From Thermoanaerobaculia bacterium (lineage in GTDB: Bacteria > Acidobacteriota > Thermoanaerobaculia > Multivoradales > Multivoraceae), in the NCBI GenBank assembly GCA_963664405.1, contig OY761158.1:2560001-2624000 (forward strand): DNA of 64,000 nucleotides, read 5' to 3'. Made by a program: the position numbers and the translations under genes. Within the stretch, counting starts at the first letter, position 1, and each line of letters opens with the position of its first letter. This document shows, in pieces, positions 10,311-20,674 of this stretch. Below the pieces are notes generated by a model. That model had not been told where the DNA came from. It saw only the letters and a list, made by a program, of their open reading frames with translations, and searched no databases.

Positions 10311-12499
10311 AGATCACACGACGCCAGGTCCTGGTCTCGGGCGCCGCCGTCGGCGGCGGTCTCGTTCTCGGCGCCTTCATGGTCGACGGCGACGTGCGCA
10401 AGCAGGCGCGAAAGATTCACGGCGAGGACGGCGAGTTCTTCCTCCACACCTGGATCCGCGTTGCCAACGACGGCACCGTTACGGTTCTCGTTCCTCACTC
10501 CGAGATGGGCCAGGGCGTGCACACCTCGCTGCCGATGATGCTGGCCGAGGAGATGGACGCCGACTGGGAGAAGGTCAGAATGGAGCAGGCGCCCGCGCAC
10601 CCGACCTTCGCCAATCCCTCCCTGCCCCGCGGCTTCATCTTGCCGGGAGACGTGCCGGGGCTGTTCAACGACATGGTCGATTACGCCACCCTCAAGACGG
10701 CCCAGCTGATGAATCTCCAGCTCACGGGCGGCTCGACGAGCCTGCGCTACACGGGTCGCTACGGCATGCGCCAGGCGGGCGCCGCAGCGCGCTGGATGCT
10801 GGCCAAGGCGGCCTCGAAACGCTGGCAGGTTCCGCAGGCGGAGATCGAGGTAGCGCAGTCGATCCTGAGCCACCCGGCTACGGGCAAGGAGCTCGGCTTC
10901 GGCGATCTCGCCGCAGAGGCTTCGACCCTCGACCCCCCCAACAAGCTCGAGTTGAAGTCGCCCGCGGACTACTCGATCGTCGGCCAATCCAAGCCGCGCT
11001 TCGACATCCCTGACAAGGTGGTGGGCAAACCCGTCTACGGAATCGACGTCGAGCCCGAGGGCCTGCGCTACGCGGCCGTCGCCCACATCCCGGTCTTCGG
11101 CGGCGCGGTTCGTAGCTACGACGCCTCGAAGGCGCTCGCCGAGCCGGGCGTCGAGACGGTGGTGGAGGTCGAGGGCGGCCTCGCCGTCATCGCCGACAAG
11201 TACTGGACCGCTCAAAAGGCGTTGCGTGCTCTCGAGATCGATTGGGACGACGCCGGCAACGGCGAGGTGTCTTCAGAGGACATTCTGCGCCGACAGGTCG
11301 CCGACATCGAAGGCGGAGAGCTCGACGTCGATCGGGAGGAGGGTGACGCCGAAGGCGCCCTCGCGGCCGCTGCGAACCGCGTCGAGGCCACCTACAGCGT
11401 TCCCTATCTCGCCCACGCTGCCATGGAGCCCCTCAACTGCACGGCGTGGGTACGACCCGACGGCTGCGACGTCTGGGCGGGCGTTCAGAATCTCCTCGCC
11501 GCCAGGGCACAGGCGGCGGACGTCACCGGCCTCGATCCCGACACCATCAACGTCCATCCGGTGATGCTCGGCGGTGGCTTCGGACGTCGCGGCATGTTCT
11601 CGCTCGACTACATCCGGCAAGGAGTCGACATCGCACGGCAGGTGCCCTACCCGGTAAAGATGATCTGGTCGCGCGAGGACGACATGCGCCACGACGCCTA
11701 CCGCCCGGCCATCACCGCGCGCCTGACCGCGGCGCTCGACGACAGCGGCTCACCCAGCGCCTGGCTCAACGACCACATCGGCAAGAACGAGCCTTCCGAG
11801 GCGGCGCACATCCCCTACGCGATCGCCAACACCCGCATTCGCTACGGCGAAGACCAGACCCACGTTCCCTTCGGCACCTGGCGCAGCGTCGCCCACTCAC
11901 AGCACGCTTTCTTCACCGAATCTTTCTTCGACGAGGTGGCAACCGCCGGCGGCAGGGATCCCTACGAGCTGCGCCGCGAGCTTCTCGCCGACCGCCCCGA
12001 CATGGTCGCCGTCCTCGACGCCGCCGCCAACAGCGCCGGCTGGGGATCGCCCCTGCCCGAGGGTCGAGGCCGGGGGATCGCTATCGTAGAGAGCTTCGGC
12101 TCGATCGTCGCCGAGGTCGCGGAGGTCACCGTCGACCCCGAGAGCGGTGTGAAGGTAGACCGCATCGTCTGCGCCGCCGACACCGGCGAGGTCATCCACC
12201 CCGACGGCCTCGCGGCCCAGCTCGAGAGCGGCATCATCTTCGCCCTGTCCGCCACACTCTACGGCGAGATCACGATCAAGAACGGTCGTGTCGTCGAGCG
12301 CAACTTCCCCGACTATCCGATGATGAAGATGGCCGACACTCCGGTGATCGAGACGGTCCTGGTGCCGAGCGGGCGACCGATCGGTGGCGCCGGCGAAGTG
12401 GCAACGCCGCCCGTGGCGCCGGCCGTGGCCAACGCCCTCTTCGCCGCGACGGGCCGGCGTGTGCGGGAGCTGCCGCTGCGAAAAGCCGGGCTGGCGTGA
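10307..12499 (+). CDS. iorB: Molybdopterin-binding large subunit, isoquinoline 1-oxidoreductase beta-like (Tat)
   Basis: ATGA overlap; MKITRRQVL Tat signal; [19 protein letters not shown] motifs. Confidence 0.85.
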   Translation: MKITRRQVLVSGAAVGGGLVLGAFMVDGDVRKQARKIHGEDGEFFLHTWIRVANDGTVTVLVPHSEMGQGVHTSLPMMLAEEMDADWEKVRMEQAPAHPTFANPSLPRGFILPGDVPGLFNDMVDYATLKTAQLMNLQLTGGSTSLRYTGRYGMRQAGAAARWMLAKAASKRWQVPQAEIEVAQSILSHPATGKELGFGDLAAEASTLDPPNKLELKSPADYSIVGQSKPRFDIPDKVVGKPVYGIDVEPEGLRYAAVAHIPVFGGAVRSYDASKALAEPGVETVVEVEGGLAVIADKYWTAQKALRALEIDWDDAGNGEVSSEDILRRQVADIEGGELDVDREEGDAEGALAAAANRVEATYSVPYLAHAAMEPLNCTAWVRPDGCDVWAGVQNLLAARAQAADVTGLDPDTINVHPVMLGGGFGRRGMFSLDYIRQGVDIARQVPYPVKMIWSREDDMRHDAYRPAITARLTAALDDSGSPSAWLNDHIGKNEPSEAAHIPYAIANTRIRYGEDQTHVPFGTWRSVAHSQHAFFTESFFDEVATAGGRDPYELRRELLADRPDMVAVLDAAANSAGWGSPLPEGRGRGIAIVESFGSIVAEVAEVTVDPESGVKVDRIVCAADTGEVIHPDGLAAQLESGIIFALSATLYGEITIKNGRVVERNFPDYPMMKMADTPVIETVLVPSGRPIGGAGEVATPPVAPAVANALFAATGRRVRELPLRKAGLA

Positions 12500-12517
12500 C
12501 CCCTGGGTCGGCGCGCC

Positions 12518-14325
12518 TTATCGCGGTATCAGCCAGATCGGAGACGAGAAGGCGCGCTCCTGAATGGTTGCTGCAAGACCTGGTCGAAGGGGCGTACCCG
12601 CACGCATTGCATCCCACGTGGACCAGCGGCAGGTTGGATTCTCCAACGCACGAAGGTAGTAGAAGGCACGTTGATCGCGGTCGAATTCGGGATCGGTCCA
12701 AAGTGTCTGGAGGTGCGCCGCGCCCTTGGCGCTCACGCTGCAGTCGCTGAGATCCACGCGAGCTCCGTTGTCGGGACAACGGTGGTCTCGCGGTCGACCT
12801 CGAGATCGTCCGAGCAGGCGACATCGTAGACACGCTCCTGCGGCTCTCCGTCCTCGATCCAGCCCTTGATCACCTGCACACGCTGGAGCCTGGCGGACTC
12901 AGGGTCCTGGGTCGCCCAGACGAGAAATCGTGGCGCGCCGCTGCGCCGCCCAGCGAGGTCGCCGCCCATCGGCACGCCGTGCTCGTAGGCATTTGCGATG
13001 AGATCGTCGTCCTCGAGCGCATCGTCGTCGAAGTCGTAGCTGCCGAAAAAGCGGACGCGCATTCGCGGCCCAGTGGTGGCGAAGGTCTCTTTGCGGCGGA
13101 ACGCATCGTAGATCGATTCGCGCGTGTTCTCCTCGGCCCACACCCCCGCCAAGCCCGAAGCGCCCCAGGTCGGCATCCTGATACTCATTCCTGTGCGTTC
13201 CGGAGCGTCCTCCCAGGTCGCGGCACCCTCCGGGAGCACCGACCCGCGCCGCTCCGGCGTCCCATCTATGACCCCGCCCTTGCTGAAGAAGGACGACTCT
13301 TGGTACGAGGCGCCCGCATTATGGGTGTCACTGGAGCCGATCAGCCCGAACCGGTAGGGGTTGAAGCCCTCGCTCTCCTCGAGCTCGAGACCGGTGAGGT
13401 AGGCGTCGCGTACATAGCTGCCACGGATCTTCTCGAGCTTCGACGCGGCCGGGCGGAGGAGCTCGATCTCGAAGTCAGCCCACTCGTCGTTGGGGGAGAG
13501 CAGCGGGTGTGTCTCTGAGGTGCCCTTTACCTGCGTGACCTCGACCAGTGGCTCATTGCGCATCCGCAGCTGGGCGTACGCGGCGTCGAAGGGAGCGCCC
13601 GACCGCTGCTGGCGCGCGAACCTGCGGCCGAGGCTCTCGTTCGAGTTGTGGGGGATCGCCAGCGCTTCGATGCCATCTTCGCGTAAGCCATCGAGCCAAT
13701 CCCAGAGATCCTCGGGGTTCGGCGAGTCCACTCGAGAGAAGGGCAGCTCGGGCGCATTCGCGCCCCGGAAGATGACGTTGCGGTGTTGATTTCCCCCGCC
13801 GGGGGACGACGTCGTGTACTCATAGCCGACGAAGGTCGTGAACTTGCCTGGCTCGTAGTGGCGCTGCGCCGAGGCGATGGTCTCCCGCCAGGCAGAACGT
13901 GAGGCCGCTGGGTCGGGGGGATGGTCGCGGAGAAAGCGGCCGCCGGTCGTGAAGGCCACCATTCTCTCGCCGACGGTTTTTGCATCGAGAAAGCGACGGG
14001 CTTCGGGATCTTTCGCCAGAGGATGATCAGGGTCCGACATCGAAGCCCACCCGGCCAGATAGGCGCCGTGGTCGGTGACGGCGTAGAAATCGAGCGGGCG
14101 ATCGAGCTGGATGTCGAAGCCGACTGGATGTTTGATCACCTCGCCGCGGGCATAGCGGTAGGCGTCGTCGGGTGACGCGCGGGTGCCCAAGCTGTACGCG
14201 TCATTCGAAAAGCGCGTATGGATGTGCAGATCGCCGAAGTAGGCGTTTCGCTCCGCACGCGCGTGGCCATAGATGGCACACAATCCACAGACCGTCAGCG
14301 CGACGGTGCGATGGACTTTTCTCAT
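12518..14325 (-). CDS. DUF3604 domain protein (frameshift near 12780)
   Basis: YFGDLHIHT, TDHG, IPHNSN, GSSDTHN; C-terminus YYLRALENPTCRWS in ORF 12518..12757; TGATG overlap with upstream gene. Confidence 0.85.
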
Positions 14326-14975
14326 CAAGGCGTGAGCTCCTCGAGAGCCTCTTCGAGACGCTTGTCCCCATCTGGGCCTGTGAAGCGCCAAACTACGTTG
14401 CCGTCGCGGTCGACCAGCATCATGGTGGGCACCGCGTGTACTTTGAGCGCCGACCAGGCTGACGACTCCTGGTCGTCGAGGAAGATCGGGTAGCGAATGT
14501 CTCGAGTCGTGACAACCTTGCGCACTCTGTCGAGCGCGCCCTCGCCTTCATCGATCGAGAGACCGACGATGCGTAGCCCCTCGCCGCCCTCCTCATAGCG
14601 CTTTTGTAGCTGACGCATGGTCTTCTTGCAGGGCTGGCACCAGGTTGCCCAGAAGTCGAGGATCGTGAGCTCCCCGCCTCCGATGGGAAGAGGCACCACA
14701 TCACCCTCCAAGCTGCGCAGCGCAAGGGCGGGGGTTGCGAAGGGCAGCTCCATCGGCACCCACCAGTCAGGGCTGGCGTCGAACTCGCTCTTGCACTCGT
14801 CCGAACAGAAGTAGTAGTGCTTGCCTTCGTGGGTGCTCATGCCGGCTACTTCTTCGGCTTCAGGCTCGGTGCCGTGGGCGGACTGAGCCGCACACACCCT
14901 GCACACGGCCCTCTCGGGATGCTCAATCGCGTCCTGGCCCGAAGCGACGGCGGCCACGAGAAGACCCGCGATCAG
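14325..14975 (-). CDS. Exported YHS(TRASH)-domain/TlpA-family redoxin fusion; start uncertain (CTG overlapping upstream stop)
   Basis: Hydrophobic N-terminus; CRVC and YYFCSDECK (YHS); LDFWATWCQPC and AVPTMMLVDRDG (TlpA). Confidence 0.8.
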   Translation of the reverse strand: MIAGLLVAAVASGQDAIEHPERAVCRVCAAQSAHGTEPEAEEVAGMSTHEGKHYYFCSDECKSEFDASPDWWVPMELPFATPALALRSLEGDVVPLPIGGGELTILDFWATWCQPCKKTMRQLQKRYEEGGEGLRIVGLSIDEGEGALDRVRKVVTTRDIRYPIFLDDQESSAWSALKVHAVPTMMLVDRDGNVVWRFTGPDGDKRLEEALEELTP

Positions 14976-15625
14976 AACCCCACTGCGAACGAGATGCCCG
15001 GATACTCCAGGTCGACGGCGAGCAGGCTCACACTCCAACGCTCGTGAAAGTAGTTGAGCATCAAGTGGGGCCTGGACCCGTCGGACATCGGACGCACCGA
15101 GAATCGACCCCCCAGCCCGACCTCCATCCCGAACGGCACGTTGAGCCCGCGATCCCATTCGGAGTAGTTGAGGCTGGCGTAACCAGAGAAACGTGAGGTG
15201 CCGAAGCGTTTCGACACCGTTGCGAAATAGGACTGAGTCCCCTCTGGTGAGCCGATGCGATCTGAGCTGGTTCCAAGAAAGACGGCTGGCCGCCCGTCCG
15301 TTTCGGTGAGGAGAAAGAGGCTGAGGAGAGGGTTGACCTCCTCGACATCCGGATTGAACTCGACCCCGGCCTGCAGACGGCGATGAAAGCGATAAGTCGC
15401 CGTTGTACGCCAGCGGGCCCGGTCGACGTCGATGTCCACCCAGCGCCCAGAGACAGTCCACTTGGTGTGAAGTCCGCTCCCCCGGAGCGGCGCGCCCTCG
15501 CCAGGTCAGCCGCTTCACGATGGCGCTGACGAAGGCCGTGGTGGCTTCGTGGGGGTCGGTTGTGGAGCCTCGGCACCCGGCTCGCTGGCTAGTAGAAAAG
15601 CAGTGAGAACCTGGACTCCGATCAT
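14972..15625 (-). CDS. Putative selenoprotein (U37-S-G-U40), exported, beta-barrel-like C-terminus
   Basis: ATG 15625 is in frame with ORF 14972..15439 through TGA codons at 15515-15517 and 15506-15508 with no other stop; SECIS-like hairpin follows; amphipathic strands ending in Phe. Confidence 0.7.
15474..15490 (-). promoter_or_regulatory. Candidate bacterial SECIS hairpin
   Basis: CCGCTCC-GGG-GGAGCGG on the minus strand; loop 22 nt after second UGA and 31 nt after first; G-rich loop. Confidence 0.55.
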
Positions 15626-16243
15626 GGTTCGGATCCTATCGCTCGAGCCTTGATCCCACCAGAGCGGACAGCTCGCTCGGGTCTCACTCCGGTTTTCGGG
15701 CCAGGAAGGCGTAGCCATTGACCTCGACCGTCTAGCCCTCTCCTCGCCCCCGGCTCCTCCGAAGGTGTCTACCGAGGGGCCGATCTCGATGTCGACAAAT
15801 CCCCTCTCCTCGCGCCAACGAGGACTGGAGGCGAGGTGCAGGGCTACTCGGCAATTCCCCAACGCGAGGTACCACCTGAACGGGTATCGGGAGGTCGAGC
15901 CGGTCTCGCTCATTGCCTTAGGCTGCAAGACTGCCGCAGGACTGCCGATTAGCCCTGCACCTGTGTGTGTGTGCGCCGCTCGAGAGTTTCGATCGGTGGG
16001 TCCAGCGCTCGGGCGCCCCCGGCGAGGGTGTGATGCTCGCGGGAAAGCCCTGGGATGGCTTTCTCGCTAGACTTGCAGCGACTCTCTATCAGCCACAGTG
16101 TGCACTTATCCTAAAACGTGACTTTCTTCTTGCCTGGCAAGAGATGTCGCCCTCCGGTGAGGTGACGGCTCCGCGTACCTAGCCTCGTAGCATTCCCTGT
16201 CTTTAAGTGAGGCACATATGACGGTAAATGGAAGTACCAAATT

Positions 16244-17377
16244 ATGAGAGCACCACTGAATAGGGCCTTGATAGGCCAACCAGGCTCAGCCCTGGCACTG
16301 CAGACGCCAGCCCTGGTGCTGGACCTAGAAGTATTCGAGGCCAACATCAAGACAATGGCAGAACATTGCAGCGACCAAGGGATAACATTGCGCCCCCATG
16401 CCAAAACCCATAAGTGCATTGAAATAGCACAACGGCAGATTGCCGCAGGCGCAGTCGGAATCTGCTGCGCAAAATTGGGTGAGGCTGAAGTTATGGGCCA
16501 TGGTGGTATTGAAAACATTCTGATCACATCGCCAGTGGTTGTTCCCGCCAGTATAGACAGATTGATGGCGCTGAACCTCGCCATTTCAGATCTGATGGTC
16601 GTTGTGGATAATGCTGACAATATTGCTGCGCTCTCGGCAGCAGCACAAGAAGCTGAAAAACCCCTGAAAGTTTTTCTGGATCTCGACCCGGGTCTTCACA
16701 GAACGGGTATCAGACCCGGAGAGTCAGCCGTGAATCTGGCAAAGCTGCTACACCAGGATGCCGGCTTCGAATTCATGGGATTGCAGGACTATGCCGGTCA
16801 GCTGATGCACATCGAGGACTTTGATGAACGTCGTAAGGGTTCGCACGTAGTCATGGAAGAGCTTGATGCCATGCGCAACGCCCTTGACGAAATCGGTATC
16901 GAATGTGGCGCGCTGACAGGTGGTGGTACAGGTACTTTCGATATCGATGCTGAAAAGAGCGTGCTGACAGAGTTACAGGGTGGGTCCTACATATTCATGG
17001 ACCGCGAATATAACGAAGTAGGCCGTGAAGGTGGTTTTCCTTTCAAAACCTCTCTTTTTGTGCAGATGACTGTAATTTCAAACAACACACCTAAGCAGGT
17101 CACGACGGATGCTGGTTTCAAGTGTTTTGCCACAGATGCAGATACGCCATTGCTGACATGGGGCGCACCGGCGGGTGCAAGCTATTTCTTCTATGGTGAC
17201 GAGCAGGGCGGCATCACTTTCGAGAACGAAGAAGATCAGCTTGCATTAGGCAGCTGTGTCAGGGCCGAAACGCCGCATTGTGATCCGACCATTAACCTGT
17301 ATGACTATATTCATGTTACCCAGGGTGACACCCTTGTGGATATCTGGCGAATCGATACCAGGGGCCTGTCCGGGTAA
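16244..17377 (+). CDS. DSD1 family PLP enzyme (D-threonine/3-hydroxy-D-aspartate aldolase-like)
   Basis: TPALVLDL, LRPHAKTHKC, GGGTGT, ELQGGSYIFMD, PHCDPTINLYD. Confidence 0.9.
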   Translation: MRAPLNRALIGQPGSALALQTPALVLDLEVFEANIKTMAEHCSDQGITLRPHAKTHKCIEIAQRQIAAGAVGICCAKLGEAEVMGHGGIENILITSPVVVPASIDRLMALNLAISDLMVVVDNADNIAALSAAAQEAEKPLKVFLDLDPGLHRTGIRPGESAVNLAKLLHQDAGFEFMGLQDYAGQLMHIEDFDERRKGSHVVMEELDAMRNALDEIGIECGALTGGGTGTFDIDAEKSVLTELQGGSYIFMDREYNEVGREGGFPFKTSLFVQMTVISNNTPKQVTTDAGFKCFATDADTPLLTWGAPAGASYFFYGDEQGGITFENEEDQLALGSCVRAETPHCDPTINLYDYIHVTQGDTLVDIWRIDTRGLSG

Positions 17378-17408
17378 CTCAATGGCTCCTGCTTGCTGTT
17401 GATGAAAT

Positions 17409-17510
17409 CTACTCCACCCGCAATGCCTCCGAAGGCTCGATTCGTAGCAAACGACGAGACGGTCCGACACAGGACAGCAGAGCGACTGCCGACATGACGG
17501 TCGGCTGCAG
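17409..17510 (-). pseudogene. C-terminal remnant of a MacB/FtsX-type ABC permease
   Basis: VALLSCVGPSRRLLRIEPSEALRVE* resembles the PARRAxRVDPxxALRxE terminus. Confidence 0.5.
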
Positions 17511-17591
17511 CCCCAACCGGTGCAGAGAGGCGGAGTCACGGTCTCCTACGAGGCCAGCCCCCCTGATAGGGTGCGTCTTAACGAAAGCACG

Positions 17592-18944
17592 ATGTCCGCA
17601 GTTCACAATGACTCCGGCGGAGCAGCGAGCCCGATGTCACGGCGACAGCTGCTGGTATACGGTGCGGCGGTCGCTGGATCGGGATTCGGGTGCGCGTCTG
17701 ACCGGAGCGGTGCGACCGAAGATGCGACGCTCAGCTTCCTGCAGTTTTACTCGCCCGGCGGCGAGGTACCGGCACAAGCCCAATGGTTCGCCGACATGGT
17801 CGACGAATGGAATGCATCGAAGCGCCGCCAGATCGAGCTCGAATACGTGCCGGTCTCGGAGTACGTGAACGGCGTCAAGCTGGCGGTTTCGTTTGCGTCG
17901 GGGCAGGCGCCGGACCTGTTCATCCTTTCACCGGGCGATTTTCTTCGCTACTACAACGGCGGAGCGCTTGCCGATCTCACGCCTTATATCTCGACCGAAG
18001 CGAAAGCGGATTTCCCGGCAAGCGTCGTAGCAAGCCGCATGGTCGACGGGCGGATCTTCGCGGTTCCCATGGAAGTCGAGCCCATGGCCATTTTCTATTC
18101 GATCGAAGCCTTCGAAGAGGCCGGCCTCGATGAACGGGACATTCCAGAGACCTGGGACGAGTTGCTCGAGATTGCCGGAAAGCTGACGAATTCAAAGCGC
18201 TTCGGTGTCTTGTTCGAGACCACACCAGGGTACTACCAGAATTTCACCTGGTATCCGTTCATGTGGCAGGGCGGCGGCGAGATTCAATCTCCGGACGGCA
18301 AAAGTGCATTCGAATCGGAGGCTACGATTCAAGCGCTTCGATTTTGGCAGGATGCTGTCGCGATGGGCGTGGCGCCGAGGCAACCGCTCGGGCGCGGCGG
18401 CGGCGACGTCGTCGCGAATCTGGCAAGCGGCTATTGCGCTATGCAGAATACCGGCGTCTGGGCGGTCGCACAGATGGCAGATGGTGCGCCGGAGTTTCCC
18501 TATGGTGTCTTCAGACTGCCGGTTCCTGAAGGTGGAAGCTATGTCACCGTTGGGGGCGGCTGGGCATTCGTCGCCAACGCTCGGAGCGAAAATCTCGACG
18601 AGGCGGCGAGCTTCATTGCATGGGCCCTGGCGTCGATGACCGACGACTCGGTCGGGCGGATCGCGCAGTGGTGCACTGTCGCCAAGTCGAACATGCCGCC
18701 ACGCCAAAGCGTGGTCGAGGCCGCTCACCGAGCGTATGACGAAGGCAAGTTGGGTGTGTTCTCCCGGGATATCTACCCCGGAACTCGGGGCGAACCGCGC
18801 CTCCCCCCTGCCGCGTACAAGATCGTCTCCGATGCGATTCAGGCCACCCAGCTCGGCGGTGCCGATCCCACCACCGCGGCGGCGGCGGCGGCGCGACAAC
18901 TCGATGCATTCCTCGCCGGTTACTCCGGCGCCCCTATTCTGTGA
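17592..18944 (+). CDS. Sugar ABC transporter substrate-binding protein
   Basis: SRRQLL Tat-like/lipoprotein signal; APDLF, DGRIFAVP, IPETWDELL; start approximate. Confidence 0.9.
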   Translation: MSAVHNDSGGAASPMSRRQLLVYGAAVAGSGFGCASDRSGATEDATLSFLQFYSPGGEVPAQAQWFADMVDEWNASKRRQIELEYVPVSEYVNGVKLAVSFASGQAPDLFILSPGDFLRYYNGGALADLTPYISTEAKADFPASVVASRMVDGRIFAVPMEVEPMAIFYSIEAFEEAGLDERDIPETWDELLEIAGKLTNSKRFGVLFETTPGYYQNFTWYPFMWQGGGEIQSPDGKSAFESEATIQALRFWQDAVAMGVAPRQPLGRGGGDVVANLASGYCAMQNTGVWAVAQMADGAPEFPYGVFRLPVPEGGSYVTVGGGWAFVANARSENLDEAASFIAWALASMTDDSVGRIAQWCTVAKSNMPPRQSVVEAAHRAYDEGKLGVFSRDIYPGTRGEPRLPPAAYKIVSDAIQATQLGGADPTTAAAAAARQLDAFLAGYSGAPIL

Positions 18945-19837
18945 CTCGCCTATCGGGCAAGCACCGCGAGTGGTTGGCGGGCTATCTGTTCGTGCTTCCC
19001 GACGCGCTGGGGCTTGCACTCTTTATCGCGCTGCCGGCGGCCATGGCCCTGTTCGTCAGCGTCTATTCGTTCGACGCGTTCGGAAGCTTCACCTTTGTCG
19101 GCGCGACTCACTATCGAAGAATGCTCGTCGACCCACTGTTTTGGACCTCGCTCAGGGTGACGGTCACCTTCGCCGTCACGCTCGTCCCGCTTCTCTATGT
19201 GACCGGCCTGGGACTAGCCCTCCTCGTGCAGCGGACCAACCTCTACAACGCCATCATGCGGTCCATGCTGTTCGCGCCACAGATGGTCAGCCTCGTCGTT
19301 ATCGGTCTCGTATGGCAGCTTCTCGTGGTCGACAAGATAGGAATCTTGCCGCAGATGTTGGTCGCGGTCGGTATCGAACCGGTTTCCTTCCTCGGTGATC
19401 CCAGGTTCGCTCTACTGACTGTGACGCTGGTGTGCATCTGGTTTCTCATGGGCTTCTACATGCTCGTATTTCTCGGAGGATTGCACGATATTCCGCAGGA
19501 GTACTACGAGGCCGCGCAACTGGATGGCGCGGGACGGATCGCGAGATTCTGGTACATCACGCTCCCCCTCCTTCGTCCTACGAGCTTCTTCGTGTTGCTG
19601 GTTTCCACGGTCTCGGCCGTTGCCGGTGCCCACGCATTCGACCTGGTATACGTGATGACGAAGGGCGGCCCCGCCAACGCAACGTCGCTCTTGATGATGT
19701 ACATCTATCAGCAGGCATTTCAGTTTGGCGACTTCGGCTATGCCTCTGCGATGTCTGCCGTTCTGGTCGCGATGCTTGCGGTATTGAGCGGATTGTTCTT
19801 TCTTCTCACCCGCGGCGGCAGGTTTCAATATGCGTAG
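18941..19837 (+). CDS. Sugar ABC transporter permease
   Basis: EAAQLDGA EAA loop; TM helices. Confidence 0.9.
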   Translation: MTRLSGKHREWLAGYLFVLPDALGLALFIALPAAMALFVSVYSFDAFGSFTFVGATHYRRMLVDPLFWTSLRVTVTFAVTLVPLLYVTGLGLALLVQRTNLYNAIMRSMLFAPQMVSLVVIGLVWQLLVVDKIGILPQMLVAVGIEPVSFLGDPRFALLTVTLVCIWFLMGFYMLVFLGGLHDIPQEYYEAAQLDGAGRIARFWYITLPLLRPTSFFVLLVSTVSAVAGAHAFDLVYVMTKGGPANATSLLMMYIYQQAFQFGDFGYASAMSAVLVAMLAVLSGLFFLLTRGGRFQYA

Positions 19838-20654
19838 ACGTGGAGCCGTGAACCCCGTCCAGATCATCTGGATGCTGGTGACGTTGATCCTCGCTCTGAT
19901 GGCGATCTGGCCGCTGCTCTATATGCTCGGGACCGCCTTCAAGCCCGGATCGGAGGTCTTCGAGCCGACCCTGCTCCCCAGCCATGCGACCCTCGAAAAC
20001 TTCGCGTACGTCCTCACCGAGGCTCCGTTCTGGCGGTATCTCCTCAATACTCTGTTCGTCGCTTCAGTGGTCACCGTCGTAGCGCTCTTCTTCCACACCA
20101 TGGCCGGTTATGCCCTTGCCCGACTGCGCTTCCCCGGGCGTGAGGGGATCTTCCTGGCTATGTTCTCGACCTTTCTCATCTCGACGCCCGTCATCATCGT
20201 TCCTCTGTTTATTCTGGTCCGTACCCTGGGAATGTTGAACTCGTATACCGGACTGATCGTGCCCGCCATCTTCCATGCCTTCGGTATTTTTCTTTTGCGG
20301 CAGTACTATCTATCGCTGCCACGGGAGTTGGAGGAAGCGGCGCTGGTCGACGGGGCGGGCTATTGGCGAATCTATTGGAGCGTGGTGTTGCCAATGAGCC
20401 GCCCCATCATTGCGGCCCTGGCGATTCTCTTCTTCCTCGCCAATTGGAACTCGTTTCTCTGGCCGATGACCATCACCGCGGACTCCGATCTGCAGGTGGT
20501 TCAGGTCGCCATCGCGAGCTTTCAATCGCAGTACTCGGCGTCGTGGAACTACATCATGGCGGCGTCGACCATCGTTGCCGCGCCGATGTTGGTGCTCTTC
20601 CTCGTCTTCCAGCGACAGATCATGGCATCGATCAAGACAAGCGGGCTCAAGTAG
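19830..20654 (+). CDS. Sugar ABC transporter permease
   Basis: ELEEAALVDGA EAA loop. Confidence 0.9.
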   Translation: MRRRGAVNPVQIIWMLVTLILALMAIWPLLYMLGTAFKPGSEVFEPTLLPSHATLENFAYVLTEAPFWRYLLNTLFVASVVTVVALFFHTMAGYALARLRFPGREGIFLAMFSTFLISTPVIIVPLFILVRTLGMLNSYTGLIVPAIFHAFGIFLLRQYYLSLPRELEEAALVDGAGYWRIYWSVVLPMSRPIIAALAILFFLANWNSFLWPMTITADSDLQVVQVAIASFQSQYSASWNYIMAASTIVAAPMLVLFLVFQRQIMASIKTSGLK

Positions 20655-20674
20655 TTTCGAACGGGAGACTGAAT

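Noticed and set aside
15660-16100. Possible decayed IS5-like transposase sequence
   Set aside because: Similarity too weak to support by eye
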